From the NCBI GenBank assembly GCA_042570925.1, contig JBHPFX010000004.1, positions 9,291 through 73,290 on the forward strand: DNA of 64,000 nucleotides. Direction: 5' to 3'. The notes below the pieces were generated by a model. That model was not told the origin of the DNA. It did no database searches and was given only the letters and a program-made list of their open reading frames with translations. This document shows, in pieces, positions 35,212-44,483 of this stretch. Positions within the stretch are counted from its first letter, which is position 1. The number at the start of each line of letters is the position of its first letter. Source of the stretch: Patescibacteria group bacterium (lineage in GTDB: Bacteria > Patescibacteriota > Patescibacteriia > UBA10025). The translations under genes were made by a program, and so were the position numbers.

Positions 35212-37074
35212 ATGCCTATATATATGTTTGCTGAAATCATACTATCACGCAGATTCCCCAAGTCACTCGGAGTTTTTGATTACCAGATTCCTGAATCACT
35301 TCTTTCTAAAATTCAAGTAGGTCATCTTGTTTCAATTCCTTTCCGCACATCTCTTCGAGAAGGTGTTGTTATTAGTATTAAAAAATCAGCAATCAAAGGC
35401 AAAAGAATCCGTCTTATCGATTCAATTATTGACGACTCACCCGTTGTAAGTGACAAACAGCTCAGTCTCGCAAAATGGATGTCCTCTTACTATTTTGTAT
35501 CCCAGGGAACTATAATTAAAATGATGCTTCCTGAAATTCCAAAGCGCTCATTCGATTTAAAGGAACTATCCTGGCCAGATGAGCAGAAACTTAAAGAAAT
35601 CGACATCACCCCTTCTGAAAAGCTATTGCTCGCTTGGATCCATTCAAATATGAAACGTTTCGAATGGTACTATTCATTTTTCAGAAAAATTAAAGGTCAA
35701 ACTCTCGTAGTAACTCCGGAAATAAGTATGATGATGCCGTTACAATCACTTATCCCCTCTCAGATCAGACCACGTACTGTTTTTTTTCATAGTAAACTCG
35801 GCATATCAGAATCTTACGACTCATGGAAAAAAATTCGTTCTGGACAATCTCTACTTATCATTGGAACAAAAATTGCAACGTTTCTCCCTTTTCATAAGCT
35901 AGAGAATGTAATAATTGATCAAGAACAGGATGATGACCACAAGCAATATGATCAAAATCCGCGATTTGATGTTCGTACGACTGCTGATACGCTTCGATCC
36001 CTCTACGGATGCCATATTACGTATATTTCTCCTTCACCCAGCATTAATACATATCACCGTGCATCTGAACAACAAATTACCGTCCAACGAATCACCTCCA
36101 AGAGGGCTCAACCTCCCCAAGTTGTTGATATGCAGGATGAGCGAAAGAAGAAGAATTACTCTCTTATCTCAGATGCACTACATGACAGTATTCAATCAGT
36201 AATCTCGAGCAATCAAAAAACTTTTCTCTTTCTTAATCGCCGCGGACAAGCAAATGCAGTTATGTGCCAGGATTGTAATACACTTATCATGTGTTCAAAT
36301 TGTCACCATCCTATTGCCGTACATTCAGAAAAATCTTATACGGAGTTATTGTGCCATCATTGCGAAATACAGCATGATCTGCTGAAATGTGCTAACTGCT
36401 CCTCTATTCGTTTTCGTTATATCGGAGGAGGCACGCAACGTCTTGAAAAAGAAATTATTAAAATGTTCCCCAAGACAACAGTGTCACGAATTGACACGGA
36501 CTCATCATCTTTTAATTCAGATGCACAAATAATTATTGGCACTGAATTAGGACGAAAGATGCTTAAGCTCGCTTCATTTGGCTGCATTGGGATAATTTCA
36601 GGCGACTCTTTATTTCACCTTCCAGATTTTCGTTCCTCTGAAAGAACATACCATCGTCTCAGAGAAATTATTGCCGAAGCAAGTGAAAATGCGCATATTA
36701 TCATTCAGACATTTTCACCAAATCATATTGTTATGAAAAGTATTCGAGAACAGGATCCTGATCTATTTTATCTGAAAGAACTTACTGAACGTAGGGAGCT
36801 CTCATACCCCCCATTTACTTCTTTATTGAAATGTATCTACAATCACACCAATAAAGAAAATGCCACCAAGCATGCCCATAATCTAAAATCAAATTTGTCC
36901 CCACTCACAGAATCACATGTACTGACACCTCTTGCTGAAAAAATACGAGGTAAATACCGGATATACGTCATTGTTAAGTTACCGCCATTGATCGAACAGC
37001 AAAAACTTGATAAGATCATATCTATCATTCCAGACGATTGGATAATCGATCGTGATCCAGTTTCACTTTTGTAA
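35212..37074 (+). CDS. priA: primosomal protein N' (PriA) homologue with degenerate ATPase motifs
   Basis: PriA N-terminal domain (FAEIILSRRFPKSLGVFDYQIP), Cys4/Cys4 zinc region (CQDCNTLIMCSNCHHPIAVH...CHHCEIQHDLLKCANCSS), and priA-def-fmt synteny. The start may be ATG 35224, because an extended -10 (TGgTAGAAT, 35205-35213) overlaps ATG 35212. Confidence 0.85.
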   Translation: MPIYMFAEIILSRRFPKSLGVFDYQIPESLLSKIQVGHLVSIPFRTSLREGVVISIKKSAIKGKRIRLIDSIIDDSPVVSDKQLSLAKWMSSYYFVSQGTIIKMMLPEIPKRSFDLKELSWPDEQKLKEIDITPSEKLLLAWIHSNMKRFEWYYSFFRKIKGQTLVVTPEISMMMPLQSLIPSQIRPRTVFFHSKLGISESYDSWKKIRSGQSLLIIGTKIATFLPFHKLENVIIDQEQDDDHKQYDQNPRFDVRTTADTLRSLYGCHITYISPSPSINTYHRASEQQITVQRITSKRAQPPQVVDMQDERKKKNYSLISDALHDSIQSVISSNQKTFLFLNRRGQANAVMCQDCNTLIMCSNCHHPIAVHSEKSYTELLCHHCEIQHDLLKCANCSSIRFRYIGGGTQRLEKEIIKMFPKTTVSRIDTDSSSFNSDAQIIIGTELGRKMLKLASFGCIGIISGDSLFHLPDFRSSERTYHRLREIIAEASENAHIIIQTFSPNHIVMKSIREQDPDLFYLKELTERRELSYPPFTSLLKCIYNHTNKENATKHAHNLKSNLSPLTESHVLTPLAEKIRGKYRIYVIVKLPPLIEQQKLDKIISIIPDDWIIDRDPVSLL

Positions 37075-37093
37075 TATATCCCTTATCGTATAT

Positions 37094-37585
37094 ATGTCAG
37101 TCTACAAACTCACTTATCACCCAAACGACTTACTACGTACTGAGCTCGATCAAGTGACACTCAAGAAGCTCGCTTCTTCTGATATGCAAAAACTGATAGA
37201 TAATATGATCGAAACCATGTATGCCAAAAACGGAATCGGCATCGCCGCTAATCAAGTTGGCTATAACCATCAAATTGCGATCATTAGCACCGCTGATGGT
37301 CCGCAAGTAATTGTGAATCCAACAATTTCCAGAAAATCAATCCTTAAAGAAAATGGCGAAGAAGGATGTCTATCGGTTCCTGGAGTTTTTGGTATGGTAA
37401 AAAGATTCAAAGGTATTGTTTTAAGAGGATATGATCGTACGGGAAAGAATATAGTGATAAAAGCAAAAGGTATGCACGCGCGCGTAATTCAACATGAAGT
37501 AGACCATTTAAACGGCACTCTTTGCATCGACAGAATGACCAGGATAACACAAGGAAAAATGCCCGATGGACGAAAAGAAGTATAA
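37094..37585 (+). CDS. def: peptide deformylase
   Basis: GIGIAANQVG, EGCLSVPG and HEVDHLNG motifs. Start trimmed to 37094. Confidence 0.93.
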   Translation: MSVYKLTYHPNDLLRTELDQVTLKKLASSDMQKLIDNMIETMYAKNGIGIAANQVGYNHQIAIISTADGPQVIVNPTISRKSILKENGEEGCLSVPGVFGMVKRFKGIVLRGYDRTGKNIVIKAKGMHARVIQHEVDHLNGTLCIDRMTRITQGKMPDGRKEV

Positions 37586-38510
37586 TATAATCTTTTTTGG
37601 AACTCCAGAATTCTCTGTATCTTCTTTAGATGCTTTACTTAACATACCTTCAATTACAGTATCGGCTGTGTTTACACAACCCGACAAAAAAGTGGGAAGA
37701 CGACAAAAGGCGCTTTCATCCCAAGTTAAAAATTATGCATTAACACATGATATCCCGATCTATCAACCTGAAAACATCAAAGGCAACTCGTTCCAATCAT
37801 TTTTCTCTTCGTTAAAACCTGATGCAGTGGTGTTAGTTGCTTACGGTAAGATTATTCCAGAAACGCTTCTTACTATTCCTGCATTTGGCTGGCTGAATGT
37901 TCATGCATCCCTACTTCCACTTCTTAGGGGAGCATCCCCTATCCAACACGCGATTCTTCAGGGAATGGATACTACAGGTGTTACTCTCATGAAAATCGTA
38001 AAAAAATTAGATGCAGGACCAGTCTTCGCCCAAAAGAGCGTCAATATACAACCTCGTGAAAATTTTCAATCATTACACGATACGTTGTCTCAACTTGGTG
38101 GTAAAATCTTACAACAATCACTCATCCCGTATCTTGCTGGTTCATTAACACCACAAAATCAGAACGAGGTAAATGCAACATTCTGCAAACAGCTTTCAAA
38201 AAAAGATGGTCAGATAGACTGGAGTAAATCAGCAATTGAAATCGACCGTTTCATCCGCGCAATGACTCCGTGGCCAGGAGCTTATACTTCACTTAAAGGT
38301 TCAAATTTAATAATTTTATCTTCACACTGTATTGAAAAAAACACCAGCAAAGATTATGGCATACTCTCTACTACAGATGATGAGCTGGTAGTATCTACCA
38401 CACAAGGTTCTTTGGTTGTTGATACGCTCCAGCAAGAAGGGAAAAAGAAACTCTCAGCAAGTCAGTTTATTAATGGGTATGGGAAAATACTTCCGGTTCA
38501 ACTTTCTTGA
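37566..38510 (+). CDS. fmt: methionyl-tRNA formyltransferase
   Basis: IIFFGTPEFSV...NVHASLLPLLRGASPIQHAIL motifs. Downstream of def. Confidence 0.93.
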   Translation: MDEKKYNIIFFGTPEFSVSSLDALLNIPSITVSAVFTQPDKKVGRRQKALSSQVKNYALTHDIPIYQPENIKGNSFQSFFSSLKPDAVVLVAYGKIIPETLLTIPAFGWLNVHASLLPLLRGASPIQHAILQGMDTTGVTLMKIVKKLDAGPVFAQKSVNIQPRENFQSLHDTLSQLGGKILQQSLIPYLAGSLTPQNQNEVNATFCKQLSKKDGQIDWSKSAIEIDRFIRAMTPWPGAYTSLKGSNLIILSSHCIEKNTSKDYGILSTTDDELVVSTTQGSLVVDTLQQEGKKKLSASQFINGYGKILPVQLS

Positions 38511-38589
38511 CTCAAGAATCTTCTTATACTTGTAGCTTCTAATTTAATATAACATAGCATACTAGCTGTTGAATACATTTCTTGGTATT

Positions 38590-40089
38590 TTATTTATGGG
38601 GGATAATACTCCCTTTTCTCATTTTACGAGTTACATCAAAGCCAAGATATTTTCCCAACATCAGTCTTGTAGCGGATTCTGTTGCTGGAATTGACCCAAA
38701 GAAAATAAGCGTCACTGGCATAAGTACCCACTGAAATATCATAAGTAAGTATCGCCATCTGCTCTCTCCATATGGTCTCGGTGGCAATAATGTGGCTCCA
38801 AGTACCGCAGACGCTATAATACCCACCATAGCAGCCGTCATAAGCCACTGAAGGATATGTGGTGCATTTTGGGCTATTGAAGCTACATCTTCTTGTCTAT
38901 TCGCTATCCACAGGGGTAATCTTCCTACAACAAATATTAAAATCGGCGCAGTAGCCCATGAATATACGCCTTCTAGTTGATTCCAGATGTATCGGAATTT
39001 CGTCATAAATGCCATTTTTTTATTTATACCGAAATTCCAAACCATCCACGGAAAATTTTCTAGACCATAGGCCCATCTCCGTTGTTGCCTATACTGACTT
39101 TTAATTGTTTCCCATATTGATCCACCACTAACAATATCCATAGAAATCGGAACATACAACGGTTCAACTGAATATTCACCGTCATAATGCATCAGGCATT
39201 GTAATCCAATTCGAGAATCTTCCGTAACAATATCTTCTTGCCAAAATCCAACATCCACAAGCGCCTTAAAGCTCATGCTATGAGATGAGAATGTTGACAT
39301 TCTTTCCGGCCGTAATTGTTCTGACATGAGCCAAAATGTCGTACTGTAAGAAACTACTCGACTAAACGCGTGTGTTTCCCAAACATTATTATTAAACAAA
39401 GGTATTGGCTGGAAACTTGCACGTGTAGGATTTGGGTGAGTTGAATATTTGTAGGTTAGATGACTGAAAAATTGAGGATGCACAACTGTATCCGAATCAA
39501 ACGATGATACGATTACTTTTTCATATGGAATGCCCAGTTGATCAATAAGCTCCTTAGAACGCCTGCCCGCCCACGCAATATTTGATCCCTTTCCGGGCAT
39601 AACACCAGGTTTACCAGATGGATGAATTGTGATGATGAAATCAAAAAATACACTTTCATACTCACCTTTTAGTTTCTGAGCAATTTCATTAAATCTTTCT
39701 CTATCTCTCTCCTCTCCAGCTAGCACGACAATGAGTCTATCCATCGGAAATGAGGACTTAGTCAAACCCTCAAATGTCTCTCTTAGAACTTCGTATGGTT
39801 CCTTGTATGTTGGGATAAATATTAAATGATAGAATGTTCTCCAATCAGGAAGCTCCTCACACTTTTGAAACCAGTCAATTTTAATATCCCGTCGATATCG
39901 CCTATATCCAAGATAGATATAACTCAGCATATAGCTGATGCGGATGAGCCAGAAAAGGTCAAAAACAATGATGAAGTAAATTGCCCATACAGGCAAGAAA
40001 ATTGAAAGTGTGAATGCAATAATAAAGGTACTCCATATAAGCATGCCCGGAATCATCTCAAGTAACCGATATTTTCTATAATCTGTCAT
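38590..40089 (-). CDS. membrane-embedded processive family-2 glycosyltransferase (cellulose/chitin-synthase-like)
   Basis: TMs flank a GT2 core with IPTYKEP, SFDSDTV (DxD), VTEDSRIG (TED) and QYRQQRRWAYG (QxxRW). Confidence 0.8.
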   Translation of the reverse strand: MTDYRKYRLLEMIPGMLIWSTFIIAFTLSIFLPVWAIYFIIVFDLFWLIRISYMLSYIYLGYRRYRRDIKIDWFQKCEELPDWRTFYHLIFIPTYKEPYEVLRETFEGLTKSSFPMDRLIVVLAGEERDRERFNEIAQKLKGEYESVFFDFIITIHPSGKPGVMPGKGSNIAWAGRRSKELIDQLGIPYEKVIVSSFDSDTVVHPQFFSHLTYKYSTHPNPTRASFQPIPLFNNNVWETHAFSRVVSYSTTFWLMSEQLRPERMSTFSSHSMSFKALVDVGFWQEDIVTEDSRIGLQCLMHYDGEYSVEPLYVPISMDIVSGGSIWETIKSQYRQQRRWAYGLENFPWMVWNFGINKKMAFMTKFRYIWNQLEGVYSWATAPILIFVVGRLPLWIANRQEDVASIAQNAPHILQWLMTAAMVGIIASAVLGATLLPPRPYGESRWRYLLMIFQWVLMPVTLIFFGSIPATESATRLMLGKYLGFDVTRKMRKGSIIPHK

Positions 40090-40158
40090 GGACGCCTGTT
40101 AATTCTTTGTAATCTTTATTATACTGATAATACAGTATTTATTAAATGTTCACCATCC

Positions 40159-40575
40159 ATGGATCCAAAACTCTTCATAGCAACTAAGGCCTTTATTGTT
40201 CATAATGAAAAGGTGCTTATCGTCAAAGAATCGCAAGCGTATACTGACGGAACTAATGAAGGTAAATTTGATGTTGTCGGAGGAAGAATGAGGCCTGGCC
40301 AAAATTTTGAGGAAAGTTTAAAACGAGAAGTTTTAGAAGAAACAGGTCTCAGTGTTGATATTGGTAATCCATTTTTTGTTAATGAATGGTATCCGGTCGT
40401 ACGAGATGAAAAGTGGCATGTTGTGGGTATTTTCTTCGAATGCCGAGCTACTACTGATAAAGTTACTCTTGGCATTGATCATAATGAATTTCGATGGATT
40501 GATCCGAAGGATTTTCGCAAAGTTGACCTCATCGATAATCTTGTACCCACATTTATAGCATATTTAGAGCGATAA
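40159..40575 (+). CDS. NUDIX hydrolase
   Basis: Canonical Nudix box GGRMRPGQNFEESLKREVLEETGL. Confidence 0.88.
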   Translation: MDPKLFIATKAFIVHNEKVLIVKESQAYTDGTNEGKFDVVGGRMRPGQNFEESLKREVLEETGLSVDIGNPFFVNEWYPVVRDEKWHVVGIFFECRATTDKVTLGIDHNEFRWIDPKDFRKVDLIDNLVPTFIAYLER

Positions 40576-40584
40576 AATTGACCT

Positions 40585-41277
40585 ATGGCGTTACGAATCG
40601 GTCATCGAGGAGCCTGTGGGCATGAACCTGAAAATACGCTTGAATCGGTAAAAAAAGCTGTTTTTTTTGGAGTAGATTATGTTGAAATTGATGTACGACT
40701 TACTAAAGATACACAGTTCATTCTCATGCACGATGAAACTCTAGAGGGAACAACAAATGGTAAAGGTGTTATTTCAGACATGACCTTAGATGAAATTAGC
40801 CAATATCGTATTAAAGAAAATAATTTATTAATTCCCTCCTTCCAAGAAGTTATAGAATATATCGACGGTAAAACCAAAATTCTTATTGATATTAAAGACA
40901 AAGAGTCAGGTGGCGCTATTGTAGAACTTGTTAAAAATAATGGAATTCAAAACAATGTTATAGCTGCATCAATTTTTACTAAGACACTTAAAGATATAAA
41001 GCATCTGGCTCCTGAAATACCTGTCGGTCTAACCTATCCACTACCAAACATATTTCCTCATAAACTTCTACAGTGTATTATTGATTTGCGCCAAAAAGAC
41101 TTACAAGTTGAATATATTCATCTATATTATCGTCTCGCATCAAAATACCTCGTTAATCACCTGCATAGTAAAGGATTTAAAATAAATGTATGGACTGTCA
41201 ATAGCCCTCGCGATATCCAAAAAATGAAGGATCATGAAGTTGACGGTATTATTTCTAACTACCCTGACCGAATATGA
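40585..41277 (+). CDS. glycerophosphodiester phosphodiesterase family protein
   Basis: IGHRGACGHEPENTLES...EIDVRLTKD...MHD motifs. Confidence 0.88.
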   Translation: MALRIGHRGACGHEPENTLESVKKAVFFGVDYVEIDVRLTKDTQFILMHDETLEGTTNGKGVISDMTLDEISQYRIKENNLLIPSFQEVIEYIDGKTKILIDIKDKESGGAIVELVKNNGIQNNVIAASIFTKTLKDIKHLAPEIPVGLTYPLPNIFPHKLLQCIIDLRQKDLQVEYIHLYYRLASKYLVNHLHSKGFKINVWTVNSPRDIQKMKDHEVDGIISNYPDRI

Positions 41278-42152
41278 TTACATTAATTCCTACAAGCTCA
41301 GCCGAGCATCTGGCAAAGCTCATTGAATCCGAAAATGGTTATTCGATAGTCTATCCGGATAAAAATAAAGATGGTAGTCGTTACTTTCCGGATGGTGAGA
41401 TATATACCCGTCTTTCAACACGTGATGACATTTCAGGAAAAGTAATAGTGCTACATGCCGGATCCCCTGATCCTAGCCGCGGACTTATCGAGCTTGAAAT
41501 GCTTCTCGAAATACTTAAAAAATCAAATGCTGATTCAATAGAAATATTTTTCACTTATCTTCCCTATAGCATGCAGGATAAAGAATTTCATATCGGAGAT
41601 ACCAATGCTGCCGAAAATATCTTTCGTAAACTTATTTCATATTATGGAATCAAAAAAATATTTACCATAGATCTTCATTGTGCCGGCAGGCTTTGGGTAA
41701 CCAATTATCCCATTATCAATGTGTCTGCAAATGTTCTTCTTAAGCAGGCTGCACTTAATGACTATCCTGATGCAGTATTTGTTACGCCAGACGGTGGTCA
41801 CGAAAGACGTATTGGAGTGAAGGGTACCAAAAAAAGGAGACTTCATTCATTTGATTCAGAAATGTCTTCAGATAATGAGTTTAGGACCTTGGTTAAGGGT
41901 AAATCTGTGGGAGTGATTGATGATAATCTTGAGACGGGTGGTACTTTGGTGCGTTTCTATGAAGAATGCATACAATGTGGGGCCAAAGATATATTTGCAC
42001 TCATCACCCATGGTCTGCTTGATGACGGCATTGCAACCATTTCCAACATTTTTTCAAAGCTCTATTTATCAAATGCAGTTAATAGAAAAGAATCCAACGT
42101 CGATATATCATCATTAATTTTATCTACTATCTCAAAACATCATGAAGTATAA
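41274..42152 (+). CDS. prs: ribose-phosphate pyrophosphokinase (PRPP synthase)-like
   Basis: FFTYLPYSMQDK, DLH, and the PRPP-binding loop VGVIDDNLETGGTL. Confidence 0.78.
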   Translation: MITLIPTSSAEHLAKLIESENGYSIVYPDKNKDGSRYFPDGEIYTRLSTRDDISGKVIVLHAGSPDPSRGLIELEMLLEILKKSNADSIEIFFTYLPYSMQDKEFHIGDTNAAENIFRKLISYYGIKKIFTIDLHCAGRLWVTNYPIINVSANVLLKQAALNDYPDAVFVTPDGGHERRIGVKGTKKRRLHSFDSEMSSDNEFRTLVKGKSVGVIDDNLETGGTLVRFYEECIQCGAKDIFALITHGLLDDGIATISNIFSKLYLSNAVNRKESNVDISSLILSTISKHHEV

Positions 42153-42447
42153 TAAGCTCATACGGGATTACATTCCAGAAATAATCGTAGAAAGTGGTGA
42201 CGAACCCATCGTTCATATCGCTGATGAAAAAGAATACTATCAAAAACTTAAAGAAAAACTTATTGAAGAATCAACAGAGTTCATACAAAGTGATGATCCT
42301 GAAGAGCTTGCTGATGTATTAGAAGTCATGTACGCAATTTGCTGTATTCATAAGCTCTCAGCCAGTAAGTTAGAGAAGATTCGTGAGAATAAAGCAAAAA
42401 AAAGAGGCAGTTTTTCTAAGAAGCTTATTCTTGATGAAATTACATAA
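42142..42447 (+). CDS. MazG-like/PRA-PH-like nucleoside triphosphate pyrophosphohydrolase
   Basis: N-terminus YNKLIRDYIPEII and helical EExxE/D motifs (LIEESTEFIQSDDPEELADVLEV). Confidence 0.7.
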   Translation: MKYNKLIRDYIPEIIVESGDEPIVHIADEKEYYQKLKEKLIEESTEFIQSDDPEELADVLEVMYAICCIHKLSASKLEKIRENKAKKRGSFSKKLILDEIT

Positions 42448-42459
42448 TTATAAACAGGC

Positions 42460-43770
42460 ATGGAAGAAATAGATCCACTATATTACAATGCCATCGATCA
42501 GATTTTTCATGCTGAATGGACTGCAAAAAAGCTTGTACGTCATAAAATTCTCGCAGATGCAATAAAGAAGCTGTGGCCTCATGGTCATCAAACAAAGCTT
42601 ATTCAAGTTGCCGGAACGAGCGGCAAAGGGTCAGTATGCAAGTTTATTGAAAAAGGATTCTCACTCAATAGTTCCTCAGGGTCATTGACCGGTCCCCATC
42701 TGTTTGATTATCGGGAGCGTTTTAGTATTAATAATCAAACTGTCAATCGTGAAGATATTGTCCACGCATGGGAAAACACGATTCGTCCTCTGGCAGTTGA
42801 TATCGCACACGAACGATCAGAGCATGCTCTGGCATTTGGTGAAATTACTCTGCTCATCGCTTTACTATTATTTGACAAATATCAACTGGAATGGGGCGTA
42901 ATTGAAACAGGCTTTGGGGGAAGATATGACCATGCTACCGCACTACAAGTTGTTGGAACAGTTTTGACAAATGTTGGAAAAGATCATGAGCGTTCTTTAG
43001 GTAAATATTCTTGGCAAAGAGCATTGGATAAAGCCGGAATTGTAAGACAAAACATTCCCCTATTTACTTCAGTTCAAGAAACTAAACTATTCAGCATTAT
43101 TAATTCTATTTGCGCACATTCTCATTCCCCACTTTTTCAATCAACTACAAACGATTATAATAAGATTTTTAATACACTTTCAAAACATAAAATATCCGAT
43201 AATGTTCTTTTGTCCGCTGAACATCAACTTATAAATGCCGCACTCGCAATCCAATTAATCAAGTATTTTAATCATGATGCATCGGATAAAAAGTTAATCG
43301 ATTCAATGATTACCATTTCAATGCCAGGGAGGTTACAAAAATTAAACGAAGGTATTTACATTGACGTAGCGCATAATAACGATAAAATATCTGTTCTTGC
43401 AAATGAGATAAATAAACGTTTTCCTGATAAAAAAATAGTTTTTCTTATCGGGCTCTCCAGAAATAGATCCGCCCGTGACGTGCTTTCACCAATTCTCCCC
43501 TTAGCTGATTCCTTAATAATTACTATGCCTTCTCAGTATGGAGTTTCACCCAATGAGATTGCTCAAGATCTTGAAGAAGCAGGACGCACTCTCCCAACTG
43601 AAATCATCCCGGATCCCCAATTGGCTATCCAAAAACTCAAGTCAATCAAAAAACCTAATGAAATCGGAATAATTACTGGTTCTTCATTCATGATCGACGA
43701 AGCAGTCAATCCTGATGAATTCGTCCGATACATTAATGCTACTGCTGGATGGAGAAATGATCCAAAATAA
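42460..43770 (+). CDS. folC: Mur-ligase family protein (folylpolyglutamate synthase-like)
   Basis: P-loop VAGTSGKGSV, TNVGKDHE, and DVAHNNDK in the C-terminal domain. Confidence 0.75.
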   Translation: MEEIDPLYYNAIDQIFHAEWTAKKLVRHKILADAIKKLWPHGHQTKLIQVAGTSGKGSVCKFIEKGFSLNSSSGSLTGPHLFDYRERFSINNQTVNREDIVHAWENTIRPLAVDIAHERSEHALAFGEITLLIALLLFDKYQLEWGVIETGFGGRYDHATALQVVGTVLTNVGKDHERSLGKYSWQRALDKAGIVRQNIPLFTSVQETKLFSIINSICAHSHSPLFQSTTNDYNKIFNTLSKHKISDNVLLSAEHQLINAALAIQLIKYFNHDASDKKLIDSMITISMPGRLQKLNEGIYIDVAHNNDKISVLANEINKRFPDKKIVFLIGLSRNRSARDVLSPILPLADSLIITMPSQYGVSPNEIAQDLEEAGRTLPTEIIPDPQLAIQKLKSIKKPNEIGIITGSSFMIDEAVNPDEFVRYINATAGWRNDPK

Positions 43771-43776
43771 ACTACT

Positions 43777-43801
43777 CCCCCGCCACCTAAGGCAACGGGG
43801 G
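43777..43801. terminator. GC-rich hairpin between convergent genes
   Basis: cccccgcc-acctaa-ggc(aa)cggggg. U-rich flank on the minus strand (serves 43807..44409) and a weaker flank on the plus strand. Confidence 0.5.
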
Positions 43802-43806
43802 TTACT

Positions 43807-44409
43807 TCATCTGGGTGAACCAAATTGAATGTTGAGAAAAACTCCGCAGTGGTAATCCTTATCGAAGTAGTTGCGGTACCAGAGACCTGCTTCTTGTTTG
43901 TATACACGGAATCCCACGTGCAATTGGCCGTAATCCCCCCATACTGGCGTTTTCACGGCCTTTGAGCCTATATATACCCATTCTTCCGGGTAATAATCGA
44001 CTCCAAACGCAAAGAACGCTTTTTTGGTGCTACCTGTTGAAAATCCAGCTTTGGAGATAAGAACCCATTTTCCTGTGCCGATTCTTCCCACAAGATAGCT
44101 CAGGACGTATTGTGGCGTCGTTGATGAGTCCTGAAGTCTCAATACGCCTGCACGAAAATGCAGACCCAAGCTATCGTTCTTCGTAATTCTCCAGTCCGCC
44201 TGCACGCCGATATTCAGCCAATTAGCTGGTTTAGCAACATGCATCGCTCCTGCCAGGAACGTGAAATCAATATGATTGGCCGTATCCGTATGAAACAGCC
44301 AGTGAACTTCGCCGCTGAGTTGCACATCTTCCAACTTTTTGGCTTGTACGTTCTGCGTGATGGCCAATACCACCCCACACACCAGTAGTGCACAAATAAC
44401 TCTTCTCAC
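43807..44409 (-). CDS. secreted beta-strand-rich hypothetical protein
   Basis: GTG start after GGAGG. Signal peptide MRRVICALLVCGVVLAITQNVQA. About 11 short amphipathic alternating segments. No family recognised. Confidence 0.55.
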   Translation of the reverse strand: MRRVICALLVCGVVLAITQNVQAKKLEDVQLSGEVHWLFHTDTANHIDFTFLAGAMHVAKPANWLNIGVQADWRITKNDSLGLHFRAGVLRLQDSSTTPQYVLSYLVGRIGTGKWVLISKAGFSTGSTKKAFFAFGVDYYPEEWVYIGSKAVKTPVWGDYGQLHVGFRVYKQEAGLWYRNYFDKDYHCGVFLNIQFGSPR

Positions 44410-44483
44410 ACATCCTCCCTAGAATATGACCCTTGTTTTAACGTTCATTTTTACTTCCTAAGAACTTAATCTTATGAAATCCT

